DNA of 34,349 nucleotides from Terrimicrobiaceae bacterium (GCA_041752695.1 JBGSVZ010000084.1:1-34349), one strand, 5' to 3'; shown: positions 18,317-28,118, counted from the first letter of the stretch. The notes: generated by a model from the sequence alone, not told the origin. Translations and numbers: made by a program.

Positions 18317-20728
18317 ATGAGTTCCGTGATCAGCAAAGCCGACCTCCACATCCACACGCGACACAGCACCCGTGCCGCCGACTGGGTGCTTCGTCGCCTG
18401 GATTTCCCTGCCAGCTACTCTGAGCCCCAGGCGGTCTACGACCGTCTTCGTGCCGCGGGCATGCAATACGTCACCCTCACCGATCACAACACTCTGGCAG
18501 GGTGCCTAGAGATTGCGCATCTGCCGGGGGTGATTTTTGGTGAGGAGGTGACGGCGAGTTTCCCCGATGACGAGTGTAAGATTCATCTCCTGGTCTGGGG
18601 TCTTACGGAAACGCAGCACCGCGAGATCCAGGTTCTAAGTGAGAACATCTTTGACCTGCAGAAATACCTCGCGGCCCAGTCACTGGCGCACGCGGTGGCG
18701 CATCCGTTTCACAGCCCGAACGAAAAACTGACGCCGCTGCATTTCCAAAAACTTGCCCTGATTTTCCGTCACTTCGAGGGTATTAACGGTCGCTACCACT
18801 TTCGGCTGGGGGAGGCCGCGCGTTATGCCCTAGGGGCACTCACGCCGCGGCACATCGAGGTTTTTGTGGCGAGGACCGGCCTGGATCCCACACATGACGA
18901 ACCGTGGAAAAAAATCCTCATCGGCGGCTCCGACGACCATGGCGGCATGTATCCGGCTCGCGCTTTCACCGAGACGCCTCACGCGCCAACTGCCGCGGAA
19001 TATCTCGCGAATCTCCGCGAAGGGCGCTGTGAGGCGAAAGGCGAGGGGGGCACTCCGCTGGCCCTGGCCCATGGCACGTATAATACCGCGTATCAATTCC
19101 TCACCGCCAAGTTTGCCGTCAAACCCGGCGACCCAGCCGCCGGCCTCCTGGAAAAAGCCTTCTCACGTTTCATGGAGGGGAAAGATCCCACGGAGTTCAC
19201 TCTGGCCGAAAAGCTCGGATTCCTCGCCCAGGGCATCGCCACAGGAAAGATCTTTGAGATGGCGATGGTCGGCAATTCGTCGCTTTGGAAGGAACTTTCC
19301 CGCTACTTTTCCAAGCCGGAAATGAAAGCCGCCCTGGCGCGCGAAACGGCCGGTGTCGTCGAACCGGAACGTCGCGCTTTCCTCATGGCGAACCTCATCG
19401 CCAACCAGCTCGGCTACCGGTTTTTTACCCAGTTTATCGCCCAACTGACCGGGGCAAAATTTATCGAGAGCATCCAGACGATCAGTCCGCTGGTCCCCAT
19501 CGTCGCGCTCCTCAGTCCCTACCTGCACGCCCTGCGCCAGCCCCGCCGCGACTGGGTGCGCGAGATGACCCGGTCGCTCGCCGGACAGCCGCCCGAGTTT
19601 CTCCGCAATCGCAAACGCGCGTGGTTCACCGACACCCTCGAGGATGTCAACGGCGTGGCGACCACCATCCGTAAAATGACGGCTGCCGGCGTCGCGGCCG
19701 GGTGCGACATCACGGTGATGACCTGTCGGTCCGAAATCTCCGACCATGGCATCCCGCTGAAAAATTTCGCCCCAGTCGGCGAGTTCGAACTCCCCGAATA
19801 CGAACTCCAGCGTCTCAGCTTTCCGCCCACGCTCCTCATTCTCGAGCACCTCATTCGCGAAAACTATTCCGAGATCATCATCAGCACCCCCGGTCCCATT
19901 GGGCTCACCGCCCTGTTCGCGGCCAAAACGTTGGGCCTGCGGGCCGTCGGGATCTATCACACCGACTTCCCCCAATACGTCCGGATCCTTACCGACGACT
20001 CCTTCATGGAAACCCTCACCTGGGATTTCATGCACTGGTTTTACAGTCAGCTCGACATCATTTACGTCAACTCCGAGGACTACCGGAAATGCTGGATCGA
20101 ACGCGGCATCCCGGCGGAAAAGCTGAAAATCCTCCCCCGGGGCCTCGATACCAAACTTTTCAACCCGACACGCCGCAGTCCGGAGTTCTGGAAATCCCGC
20201 GGCCTCCGCGACGGCGAAGTCGGCATGTTGTTTGTCGGCCGCATTTCCAAGGAAAAAAACCTCGATACCCTCGTCTCTGCGACCCGACGGCTGGCGGAGT
20301 GGAAGACTCCTGTGCGCCCGCTTTTCATCGGGGAAGGTCCTTATCTCGCCGAAATGAAACGGCTCCTGCCCGACGCCATTTTTACTGGCTACCTCGGCGG
20401 GGACGAACTGGCGGATGCTTACGCTTCGGCGGATCTGTTTGTTTTTCCCAGCACCACCGACACCTTTGGCAACGTCGTAATCGAAGCCCAAGCCTGCGGT
20501 CTGCCGGTCATCGTCTCCGACGTGGGAGGCCCTCGTGATCTGGTTCAACATGGCCGCGACGGCTTTGTCACCAAGGCCCTCGATGTGGGCGAACTCGCCG
20601 AATCCATCCGCCGTCTCGCCATTGATCCCGCCTTGCGGGAAAGCATGGGCTCGGCTTCCCGGGCCCGCGTGGAAACAAGGGATTGGTCGGAGGCCTTCGA
20701 AAAATTCTGGTCCGAGTCGCCCGAGTAG
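18317..20728 (+). CDS. PHP-domain + GT4 glycosyltransferase fusion
   Basis: PHP: DLHIHT, TDHN, AHP, GGSDDH; GT4: WFTDT...NGVA, YHTDFPQY, FVGRISKEKN, FPSTTDTFGNVVIEAQACG. Confidence 0.9.
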   Translation: MSSVISKADLHIHTRHSTRAADWVLRRLDFPASYSEPQAVYDRLRAAGMQYVTLTDHNTLAGCLEIAHLPGVIFGEEVTASFPDDECKIHLLVWGLTETQHREIQVLSENIFDLQKYLAAQSLAHAVAHPFHSPNEKLTPLHFQKLALIFRHFEGINGRYHFRLGEAARYALGALTPRHIEVFVARTGLDPTHDEPWKKILIGGSDDHGGMYPARAFTETPHAPTAAEYLANLREGRCEAKGEGGTPLALAHGTYNTAYQFLTAKFAVKPGDPAAGLLEKAFSRFMEGKDPTEFTLAEKLGFLAQGIATGKIFEMAMVGNSSLWKELSRYFSKPEMKAALARETAGVVEPERRAFLMANLIANQLGYRFFTQFIAQLTGAKFIESIQTISPLVPIVALLSPYLHALRQPRRDWVREMTRSLAGQPPEFLRNRKRAWFTDTLEDVNGVATTIRKMTAAGVAAGCDITVMTCRSEISDHGIPLKNFAPVGEFELPEYELQRLSFPPTLLILEHLIRENYSEIIISTPGPIGLTALFAAKTLGLRAVGIYHTDFPQYVRILTDDSFMETLTWDFMHWFYSQLDIIYVNSEDYRKCWIERGIPAEKLKILPRGLDTKLFNPTRRSPEFWKSRGLRDGEVGMLFVGRISKEKNLDTLVSATRRLAEWKTPVRPLFIGEGPYLAEMKRLLPDAIFTGYLGGDELADAYASADLFVFPSTTDTFGNVVIEAQACGLPVIVSDVGGPRDLVQHGRDGFVTKALDVGELAESIRRLAIDPALRESMGSASRARVETRDWSEAFEKFWSESPE

Positions 20729-20754
20729 TTCTCGGACAACTGACGGAATGTCCC

Positions 20755-22089
20755 CTAGACCTTCCCGATTTCCGACATCGCGGCCTGGCTGAGCCGGATG
20801 CCGGTGAAAAAGTTTTCCAGCGGGAAATTTTCGTTTGGCGAGTGGGCGCAGCAATCGGGGGAGGCGAGGGCGAGGAGGAGCGCGTCGGCGCCGAGGACCT
20901 TTTTGAAAGTTGTCACAATCGGAATTGAGCCGCCTTCGCGCATCAGAGCCGGTTTGCGGCCGAAGACGGCTTCCAGCGCCCTCTGGGCGGCGAGGCCGTA
21001 GGGAGAATTCGGGTCGGCGTAATACGGTTCGCCGGAGTGACCTCGCGTGATTTCGATCCGCACGCCGGGCGGGGTATGGCGCCGGAGGTGGGCTTCCGCG
21101 AGGTCTAGGATGTGGCTGGGATTTTGCTCGGAGACGAGACGGAAGGTGAGTTTCACGAAGGCTTCCCGCGGCAGGACGGTTTTGGTGCCTTCGCCCTGAT
21201 AGCCTCCGCCAATGCCGTTGACTTCTGCGGTGGGACGGGCTCCGGCGCGTTCGATGGAGGTGTAGCCGGGTTCGCCGAAAAGAGTGTCCACGCCGGTGAG
21301 CGCTCGCAGGTCATCGTCGGTGACGGGCAGGGCAGCGGCCGCCTCGCGTTCCCAATCGGGCAGCGGACGGACGGCATCGTAAAACCCCGCGATGGCCACG
21401 CGCCCCTCCGCATCGTGCAGGCTTGCGACCAAGCGGGCTGCGGCGGTGGCGGGGTTCATCACGGCTCCGCCAAAGACGCCAGAGTGCAGGTCCATAGAAG
21501 GTCCGCGCACGATGAATTCCAGCGCGCAGATCCCGCGCAGGGCGTAGGTGAGGGTGGGGTAGGCATGCGCGGCCATGCCGGTGTCGGAAATGACCACGAT
21601 GTCGCAGGCGAGTTCGGTCCGGTGTTTTTCCAGGAAGGCCTCGAGGTTTTCGCTCCCGATTTCCTCTTCGCCTTCGATAAGGAAGATCACGTTCACCGGT
21701 AGGTCTTCGCCCCGGGCGAGGATTTCGCCGAGTCCCAGAATATGGGCGAGAATCTGGCCCTTGTTGTCGGTGGAACCGCGGGCGTAGATACGTGCGTCGC
21801 GTATCACCGGTTCGAAAGGCGGGGTTTCCCACTCGTCCAGGGGTTCGGCGGGCTGGACATCGTAGTGTCCGTAGATCAGAACGGTGCGCTTCTTCGGATC
21901 ACGGGGCGAGTGGGCGACAACGGCGGGGTGGCCGCCGGTCTCCCGGATGGTCGCTTCAAACCCCAGAGAGGTCAGTTTGGCCGTGAGCCATCCGGCGCAG
22001 GCAATGAGGTCCGCGGCGTGTTCCGATTGGGTGGAAACACTCGGAAAACGGAGAAATTCCAGGAGGTCGTTTACCCGGGGATCAGTCAT
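20755..22089 (-). CDS. M20 family dipeptidase
   Basis: YGHYDVQP, ARGSTDNKG, EGEEEIGS, DLHSG.FGG, GGSIP, HSPNE; start moved to ATG 22089 (MTDPRV). Confidence 0.93.
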   Translation of the reverse strand: MTDPRVNDLLEFLRFPSVSTQSEHAADLIACAGWLTAKLTSLGFEATIRETGGHPAVVAHSPRDPKKRTVLIYGHYDVQPAEPLDEWETPPFEPVIRDARIYARGSTDNKGQILAHILGLGEILARGEDLPVNVIFLIEGEEEIGSENLEAFLEKHRTELACDIVVISDTGMAAHAYPTLTYALRGICALEFIVRGPSMDLHSGVFGGAVMNPATAAARLVASLHDAEGRVAIAGFYDAVRPLPDWEREAAAALPVTDDDLRALTGVDTLFGEPGYTSIERAGARPTAEVNGIGGGYQGEGTKTVLPREAFVKLTFRLVSEQNPSHILDLAEAHLRRHTPPGVRIEITRGHSGEPYYADPNSPYGLAAQRALEAVFGRKPALMREGGSIPIVTTFKKVLGADALLLALASPDCCAHSPNENFPLENFFTGIRLSQAAMSEIGKV

Positions 22090-22092
22090 AAA

Positions 22093-22140
22093 GCTCAATA
22101 GGTAGTCGGTGGAATTGTGAATAACCACAATATATGGTGT
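22093..22140. promoter_or_regulatory. Candidate tandem NrdR boxes
   Basis: CCACAATATATGGTGT (22125-22140) matches acaCwAtATaTwGtgt at 14/16; weaker GCTCAATAGGTAGTCG (22093-22108, 10/16) starts 32 bp earlier. Confidence 0.7.
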
Positions 22141-22203
22141 TTTTCCTTGTCAGGCCATTTCCGTGCTCCCTAAAGTCCACCGACCCAGCCTAGAGGACAG
22201 TAC

Positions 22204-25200
22204 ATGTATCTTCAATCCCTTGAAATGATCGGTTTCAAATCGTTCGCTCCGCGCACGATTTTGAACTTCCATCGCGGTGTCACTGCGGTAGTCGGACCCA
22301 ACGGCTGCGGCAAATCCAACGTGCTGGACGCCATGCGCTGGGTGCTGGGGGAACAATCCGCTAAGGCTCTGCGAGGCGGCGAGATGGCGGACGTCATTTT
22401 TAGCGGCACGGACAGCCGTCAGGCCCTGGGCATGGCTGAGGTGTCGCTCACATTCGCGGAATGCGAGAAGGAACTTGGCGTCGATTGGAACGAGGTTTGC
22501 ATCACCCGCCGCGTTTATCGGGACGGCAAGAGCGAATATTTTCTCAACAAAACCGCCTGTCGGCTACGCGACATTCACCAGCTTTTCATGGATACGGGCG
22601 TGGGCCGCAGTGCCTACTCGATCATGGAACAGGGCAAGATCGACCTGATCCTGAGCAGCCGTCCCGAAGACCGCCGCGCCATTTTCGAAGAAGCCGCCGG
22701 CATCACCAAATACAAGGCGCAGAAAAAAGAGGCCCTGCGCAAACTCGAATACACCGAGGCCAACCTTCTCCGCGTGCAGGATATCGTCAAGGAAGTGCGC
22801 CGCCAGATCGGCTCGCTCCAGCGTCAGGCCGCCAAAGCCCGGCGGTATCAGTCGCTGATGGAAGACCTGCGCATCTTCGATACGCATTTTTCCCACAAAA
22901 ATTACCGCGCCCTTTTCACGGAACTCGAGACGATCCGCGAAGAACTTTCGCAAGGCGACGAAGCGCGTTCCGTGTACGAAAACGAAATCGGCCAGCAGGA
23001 GATCGAACTCGCCGCCTATCGCGCGCGCATGGACGAACTCGACACCGAGGCCGCCTCCGTCCGCGACGCCATCCAGACGCTGCGCAACCGTATTTACTCC
23101 GCCGAAAACCGGATCGCGACCAATGTCGAACGCAGCGAGGAAGCGCGTTCCATGATCGATCGCAACCATGCGGACATCGCCGCCGCCGAGGAAAAAATGC
23201 GGGATCAGCAAAGTCAAATCGAGCAGACTGACACGATGCTCGTGCAGATGATCGATACCTTGCGCGGTCACGAGGATGCTCTCAATCAGCAGAACGACCG
23301 CGTTCGCGCCGCCCGCGAAGCACGCGGCGTGGCCGAACGTCAGATCCAGGAAATCAGCTCCGAAATCGGACGCCTGGAAAGCCGCCTCGGGTCGCTCCGC
23401 AACGACATCTCCGCCGCCGCCGGACGCCGCGAAGCCGGGGAAACCCGTCTTCGCCTCCTGCAAGGCGAGTCCGAAGCCGCCGAACAAGCCGCCGGCGAAA
23501 TCGGCGTCCGCCTGGAAGAGATCAGCATGCGGGCCGAAGCCGCTGCGCTTTCCGCCGAATCGTCCCAAGCTGAACAAGGCGAAGCGCAACTCGCTTACGA
23601 AGCCGCCCAGATTGCCCGCCAGGAGGCCGAAACTGCGCTCAACACCGTTTCCAAGGAAGCCGCGGGGATCGAGTCGCGACTGGAGGTGCTCCGTCAGTTG
23701 CAGGAACAGGGCGAAGGTTTTGACGAGGGGACGCAAGCGGTCCTGCGGGGCCTCGACAACGCCGAGTTTTTCAAACCCGCCATTCACGGCGCGCTGGCCG
23801 ACCACATTCAGGTCGAGCCGCAGTTCATTCCCGCCGTGGAAGCCGCGCTGGGCGGGGCGTTGCAGGCGATCATTTTCAAAGACACCGATGTCGCCGAGTC
23901 GGCGATGAACACGCTGGTGGGCAAACGACTGGGCAAGGCGGCCATCATTCCCCGCGAATGGATCGGCACCCGCGTCCCCGTGGGTCTGTTCCTGCCCGAA
24001 GGCGCGATCTGCTGGGCCGCCGATTGTGTGAAGGGCGGTTCCGAAGCGCAAACTCTCGCCGCCGCGCTCTTGGCGAACATCGTCGTGGTGGAGAATTTCG
24101 AGACCGCCTTCCGCATCAAATCCGCCAACCCGACCCTCGGTGTCGTGACGCTGTCCGGCGAATTTATCAGCCGCGATGGCATTGTCCGGGGCGGACGCTC
24201 CGGGGACAACGCCGGTCAATCCACCCTGCTCCGCAAAGCCCAGATCGCCGAACTCGACCTCGCCCTCACTTCGGTCATCGAGCGTCTCGGCGCCCAGACC
24301 ATGCGCCGCGCCGAAGCTCTGCAGGAACTCGAAGATTCGCAGGATCGTCTGCTCGCCGCACGGGAGGCTTTTCAACGTGCCCAAGTCGAGGCCGTTTCCA
24401 TTGCCAACGAACGCAAACTCGCGGAACGCCAGGCGGAGGACCTCGAAAACCGCCGCGTCACGTTCACCCGGGAAACCGTCCAGCTCGGCGAGTCCCTGCG
24501 CGCTAGTCTTTCGCAGGTGCAAAACATCGAGTCCGGCATTGCCGAAGTCGGTCAGTCCACCGAACAGGCCCGCGTCCGCCGCGCCGAGGCGGAGAACTAC
24601 GTCCTGGCCGCCCGCGAGCGCGAGAACGCCGCGGTCGAAGACCTCAATGAGATCCGCGTCCGTGTCGCCACGGAACGTCAGCAGCAGGAAAACCTCAATC
24701 GCCAGCGCGGCCCCATGGCGGCCCGCCTCGCCGAACTCGCCGAACTTCTCGAAGTCCGCCGCGCCGACATCGCGAACTACGAAACCCGCATTCAGACCCT
24801 CGACGCCGAGAGCCTGCAGCTCCAGGATTCCATGGGCGTCTGGCAGGAGGAAATGGTCACGCACGAAACGAAGATCTCCGAGGTCATGGCCGTGCGCAGC
24901 GAGACCCAGTCGAGCGCCGAAGCCGTCGATATCGCACTGCGTGCCGCGCGCCAGCAAATGGTGCAGTTGCAGGAAAAGAAAGGCCGTCTCGAAGTCCGCA
25001 TCGCCCAGGTCGAGATGCGGATGGAGAACCTCCGCACCCACGTTTCCCACCGCTACCAGACCGACCTGGAGGCGTTCGAACCCGACAGCTACGCGCTCTA
25101 CGCCTCGTTCCGCGACCGCAACAAACGCAAACCCGGCTCCGACACCGGCGACGCGCCCGCGGCGGAAAATGCAACCGAAGACTCCGCGCCCGCCGAACCC

Positions 25201-26382
25201 GCTGCGGAGGAAGTCCCCGTCTTTCAGGAAGAGGGCATCAACTGGGAACGCATCGAAGAAATCGTCGCCGAACTTACCGAACGCGTCGATTCCATGGGTC
25301 CCGTCAATCTCGACGCCATCCAGGAATACGAGGAACTCGAAGAGCGTCAGACGTTTCTCGACAAACAAAACGAAGACCTCGTCAACTCCAAGGCCGAGTT
25401 GCTCGAAGTCATTTCGAAAATCAACCGCACCACCAAGGAACTTTTTGCCGAGACCTTTTACAAGATCCGCGACAACTTCCAGGTGATGTTCACCGAGCTT
25501 TTCGGTGGTGGCAAAGCCAACCTCATGCTGATGGACGAGAGCGATCCGCTGGAGAGCGGTATCGAGATCATCGCCAAGCCACCCGGCAAGCAGCTCCAGA
25601 GCATTTCGCTCCTCTCCGGTGGTGAGCGCACGATGACCGCCGTCTCCCTCCTCTTCGCCATCTACATGGTGAAACCCAGCCCGTTCTGCGTGTTGGACGA
25701 AATGGACGCCCCGCTCGACGAGTCGAACATCAGCCGTTTCGTCAAGATCCTCGACCGCTTCGTTGAGCAGAGCCAGTTTGTGGTCATCACCCACAATAAG
25801 CGCACGATCAGCCGCGCCGACATGCTTTATGGCGTGACCATGGAAGAACACGGCGTGAGCAAACTCGTGAGCGTGAAGTTCACCCACAAAAAAGAAGGCA
25901 CGTCCGCAGACGGCCAGGCCACCAGCGTGGCGGAGACTTTCGGAAAGCACGGCGACCTCCAGAGCGAACGCGAAGCGGCCACGAAACCGAAAGCCGACTT
26001 CACCGAGGAAGATGTCTCCGACCTGCCCCTCCCGCACAGCATCGAGACCGCGCCTGAGGAAATCATGGACGAACATCCCGGCCATCCGGAGGAAGAAGCC
26101 GTCGCCGACCAGCCTCCCTCCGGGGAAATCGTCGCCGAAGAAAGCCCCGAGGCCGGACCCCGCGAGGAAGAGGCTCCGGCCGAAGACGCGGCCATCGAAC
26201 CATTCACGGAGGAAGAAGTCGTTGCCGAAGAGCCTCCGACTGACACCTCCGACCTTCTCGAAGTTCCTGCCGAAGATCCCGAGCCGCTCTCGGCAACCCC
26301 CTCCGCCGAGATCGCCGGCGAGGAACCCGCAAGCGCCGAATCCTTCCCCGAGGCCGAGGAGCCCGTCGAGAACCGAGTCTAA
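22204..26382 (+). CDS. smc: Chromosome segregation protein SMC with long acidic C-terminal tail
   Basis: GFKSF, Walker A GPNGCGKSN, Q-loop EQG, coiled coils, hinge GIVRGG, signature LSGGE, Walker B/D-loop VLDEMDAPLD, ITH. Confidence 0.98.
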   Translation: MYLQSLEMIGFKSFAPRTILNFHRGVTAVVGPNGCGKSNVLDAMRWVLGEQSAKALRGGEMADVIFSGTDSRQALGMAEVSLTFAECEKELGVDWNEVCITRRVYRDGKSEYFLNKTACRLRDIHQLFMDTGVGRSAYSIMEQGKIDLILSSRPEDRRAIFEEAAGITKYKAQKKEALRKLEYTEANLLRVQDIVKEVRRQIGSLQRQAAKARRYQSLMEDLRIFDTHFSHKNYRALFTELETIREELSQGDEARSVYENEIGQQEIELAAYRARMDELDTEAASVRDAIQTLRNRIYSAENRIATNVERSEEARSMIDRNHADIAAAEEKMRDQQSQIEQTDTMLVQMIDTLRGHEDALNQQNDRVRAAREARGVAERQIQEISSEIGRLESRLGSLRNDISAAAGRREAGETRLRLLQGESEAAEQAAGEIGVRLEEISMRAEAAALSAESSQAEQGEAQLAYEAAQIARQEAETALNTVSKEAAGIESRLEVLRQLQEQGEGFDEGTQAVLRGLDNAEFFKPAIHGALADHIQVEPQFIPAVEAALGGALQAIIFKDTDVAESAMNTLVGKRLGKAAIIPREWIGTRVPVGLFLPEGAICWAADCVKGGSEAQTLAAALLANIVVVENFETAFRIKSANPTLGVVTLSGEFISRDGIVRGGRSGDNAGQSTLLRKAQIAELDLALTSVIERLGAQTMRRAEALQELEDSQDRLLAAREAFQRAQVEAVSIANERKLAERQAEDLENRRVTFTRETVQLGESLRASLSQVQNIESGIAEVGQSTEQARVRRAEAENYVLAARERENAAVEDLNEIRVRVATERQQQENLNRQRGPMAARLAELAELLEVRRADIANYETRIQTLDAESLQLQDSMGVWQEEMVTHETKISEVMAVRSETQSSAEAVDIALRAARQQMVQLQEKKGRLEVRIAQVEMRMENLRTHVSHRYQTDLEAFEPDSYALYASFRDRNKRKPGSDTGDAPAAENATEDSAPAEPAAEEVPVFQEEGINWERIEEIVAELTERVDSMGPVNLDAIQEYEELEERQTFLDKQNEDLVNSKAELLEVISKINRTTKELFAETFYKIRDNFQVMFTELFGGGKANLMLMDESDPLESGIEIIAKPPGKQLQSISLLSGGERTMTAVSLLFAIYMVKPSPFCVLDEMDAPLDESNISRFVKILDRFVEQSQFVVITHNKRTISRADMLYGVTMEEHGVSKLVSVKFTHKKEGTSADGQATSVAETFGKHGDLQSEREAATKPKADFTEEDVSDLPLPHSIETAPEEIMDEHPGHPEEEAVADQPPSGEIVAEESPEAGPREEEAPAEDAAIEPFTEEEVVAEEPPTDTSDLLEVPAEDPEPLSATPSAEIAGEEPASAESFPEAEEPVENRV

Positions 26383-26621
26383 TGGACCGCTCCGATTTCA
26401 TCGCCCTGCGCGAAGCCCTCGCGGCCCGCCTCGCCGTCGTGGCCGACCACACCCTGCGCGACGCCGACCCCGCCGTGCATTTGGAAAAACTCAAAGCCGC
26501 CGCCGCCCAGCTCGACATGCTGGTAAAGACCCTCCCGCCCGACTGCGACCCGAACCTCCGCCACTACCTCGAACGCCAAAGTTTCCTCAAAGCCCTCGCC
26601 TGGCTTGACGAGCGCCTGTAG
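26382..26621 (+). CDS. Small helical hypothetical protein translationally coupled to smc
   Basis: TAATG stop/start overlap; same C-ending codon usage as smc. Confidence 0.8.
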   Translation: MDRSDFIALREALAARLAVVADHTLRDADPAVHLEKLKAAAAQLDMLVKTLPPDCDPNLRHYLERQSFLKALAWLDERL

Positions 26622-26634
26622 GAGCGCTCCCAAA

Positions 26635-26760
26635 GGACCGCGGGCATCTTGTCCGCAACGCGGGAAGGCTGGGACCCGCAACAGGATTCTACAGAAGACA
26701 ACGAAGGGATCGAAGGCTGAAGGGTTCTTGTTTCTTGGCGGCCTTCGTTTCCCTCTGGTC
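26635..26760. repeat. Degenerate REP-like elements
   Basis: GGACCGCGGGCATCTTGTCCGC hairpin; ACAGAAGACAACGAAGGGATCGAAGG (26691-26716) with partial inverted mate CCTTCGTTTCCCTCTG. Confidence 0.45.
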
Positions 26761-26796
26761 GCCGAAGTCAATGGTGGATGATTAAATCGCAACCGG

Positions 26797-27141
26797 TCAG
26801 GAATTTTCGACCTCCTGCGATAGCAGATCGTAGTCGCTCCCGAGATCATCCTTCCAGACTTCCAGCGCGTTCTTGATCTTCTGTTTGCCGTTTTCCTTGG
26901 CGGCCCGGTAGCTGAAAAATGCCGGGATAAAAACAATCAGAAATACCGGAATGATGCTCATCACCCCGAGGACAATCAGAAAACCCTTTGTGCTCTTGAG
27001 AGTCATCCGATAGTCGGCAATGGCATTCCGAATGAAGAGGGACTTCGCCTTCCTGATCTCATCGCCAGGCAGCGTGGCGAGTGCCGCCGCAAACGTGGTG
27101 AGCGTCGAAGGATCGAGAGAAATTTGCGGGGCGACACTCAT
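26797..27141 (-). CDS. Hypothetical membrane protein
   Basis: 114 aa from ATG 27141; hydrophobic hairpin FLIVLGVMSIIPVFLIVFIPAFF; visibly AT-richer than smc. Confidence 0.7.
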   Translation of the reverse strand: MSVAPQISLDPSTLTTFAAALATLPGDEIRKAKSLFIRNAIADYRMTLKSTKGFLIVLGVMSIIPVFLIVFIPAFFSYRAAKENGKQKIKNALEVWKDDLGSDYDLLSQEVENS

Positions 27142-27351
27142 GCCGCACGGAGATAGGCGATTCGCCCCAAACTGTCGAGCCGGGTGATCTTCCTGTGACG
27201 CGCTCGTCCCGCTCATCCCGAGCTAATTCCTTTTGATCCCGCACGGCACTTCCTGCTCGCCTTTGGTCTTCCACACTGAGAGTAAATCACGAACGTGTCT
27301 CCGGTTGTTCGCGAGCGGAGGGGTTCCATTCGCCCAATTCACCTCCGCTGC

Positions 27352-27525
27352 ATGAACAAAAAATCCCTCACCGAGACGGAAATTCGGTCCAAGTTCAACA
27401 CTCCGGCTTTGCTGGGCACGGTCGGGCAGGGCTGGGATTTGATCACGCAGATTCGGGAGGAAACGTATTTCATGAAGGGGATGGTGATTGTTCGCGGCAA
27501 AACGGTGAAACGCGGTGAGGCCTGA
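27352..27525 (+). pseudogene. hsdR: 5' remnant of type I restriction enzyme R subunit (EcoAI-like HsdR)
   Basis: MNKKSLTETEIRSKFNTPAL...GWDLITQIREE..F.KG.VIVRGKTVKRGEA resembles the HsdR N-terminus; stops after 57 aa, just before the expected ADY motif. Confidence 0.8.
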
Positions 27526-27533
27526 AGCCGTCT

Positions 27534-28118
27534 GTGATTATTCGCTTCAACATCCTTCAAATCCTAGCCGGAATTTCCTGCATGGCTGGCAGCGGTATCG
27601 GCTATGCGGCAGCGTATTTCTTTTTCCGCTATGTTCCCGAGTTCATCGCCCATCAGTTCCGGGTGTCCGTGCCGCCGGGGGTGTTCCCGGGCTTCGCGGT
27701 CGTGGTTCTTGGCGTCTTGACGTATTCAGGGTACCGGCTCTGGAAAAGGCGGGGCGGGTTTTACGGCTACCACGAGTCTTCGCTTTATCACGACCTCGGG
27801 GAGGATTCCGGAGGGGGATCGGCAATGGATTTTTACGCGCACCGGGTGACGGGGCCGGCTTATGTGCTTGGGCAGTTGTTCGCGTGCGGGCCGTTGTTGG
27901 CTTTGCGGGCGGTTTTTTATTTTCGAAACGTCATTCCCGCCGAATCCGGATTGGAAGAACGTCTGGCGCAAGTGCTGGAGGATTTGCGAGGTCGGAAAAA
28001 ATGGCTGGGTTTCCGTGATTGCCCGGATGATCGAAAAGAAATCCTGCTTCTGGCCCGGATGAGAAAGATCGACTTCAGCGCGGTGAAGGGCGAAGCGAGG
28101 TTTCGCGCATGGAGCTGA
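27534..28118 (+). CDS. Hypothetical membrane protein
   Basis: GTG start, about 3 TM segments, overlaps next gene. Confidence 0.7.
   Translation: MIIRFNILQILAGISCMAGSGIGYAAAYFFFRYVPEFIAHQFRVSVPPGVFPGFAVVVLGVLTYSGYRLWKRRGGFYGYHESSLYHDLGEDSGGGSAMDFYAHRVTGPAYVLGQLFACGPLLALRAVFYFRNVIPAESGLEERLAQVLEDLRGRKKWLGFRDCPDDRKEILLLARMRKIDFSAVKGEARFRAWS

Noticed and set aside
24176..25486. 436-aa alternate-frame ORF inside smc
   Set aside because: S/P/R-rich composition typical of off-frame reading of GC-rich DNA
22564..26085. 1173-aa ORF antisense to smc
   Set aside because: Shadow ORF produced by GC-biased codon usage on the sense strand; no recognisable motifs
27314..27349. Inverted repeat AGCGGAGG/CCTCCGCT before the hsdR stub
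   Set aside because: Only 8 bp in GC-rich DNA with no U-tract; plausibly chance
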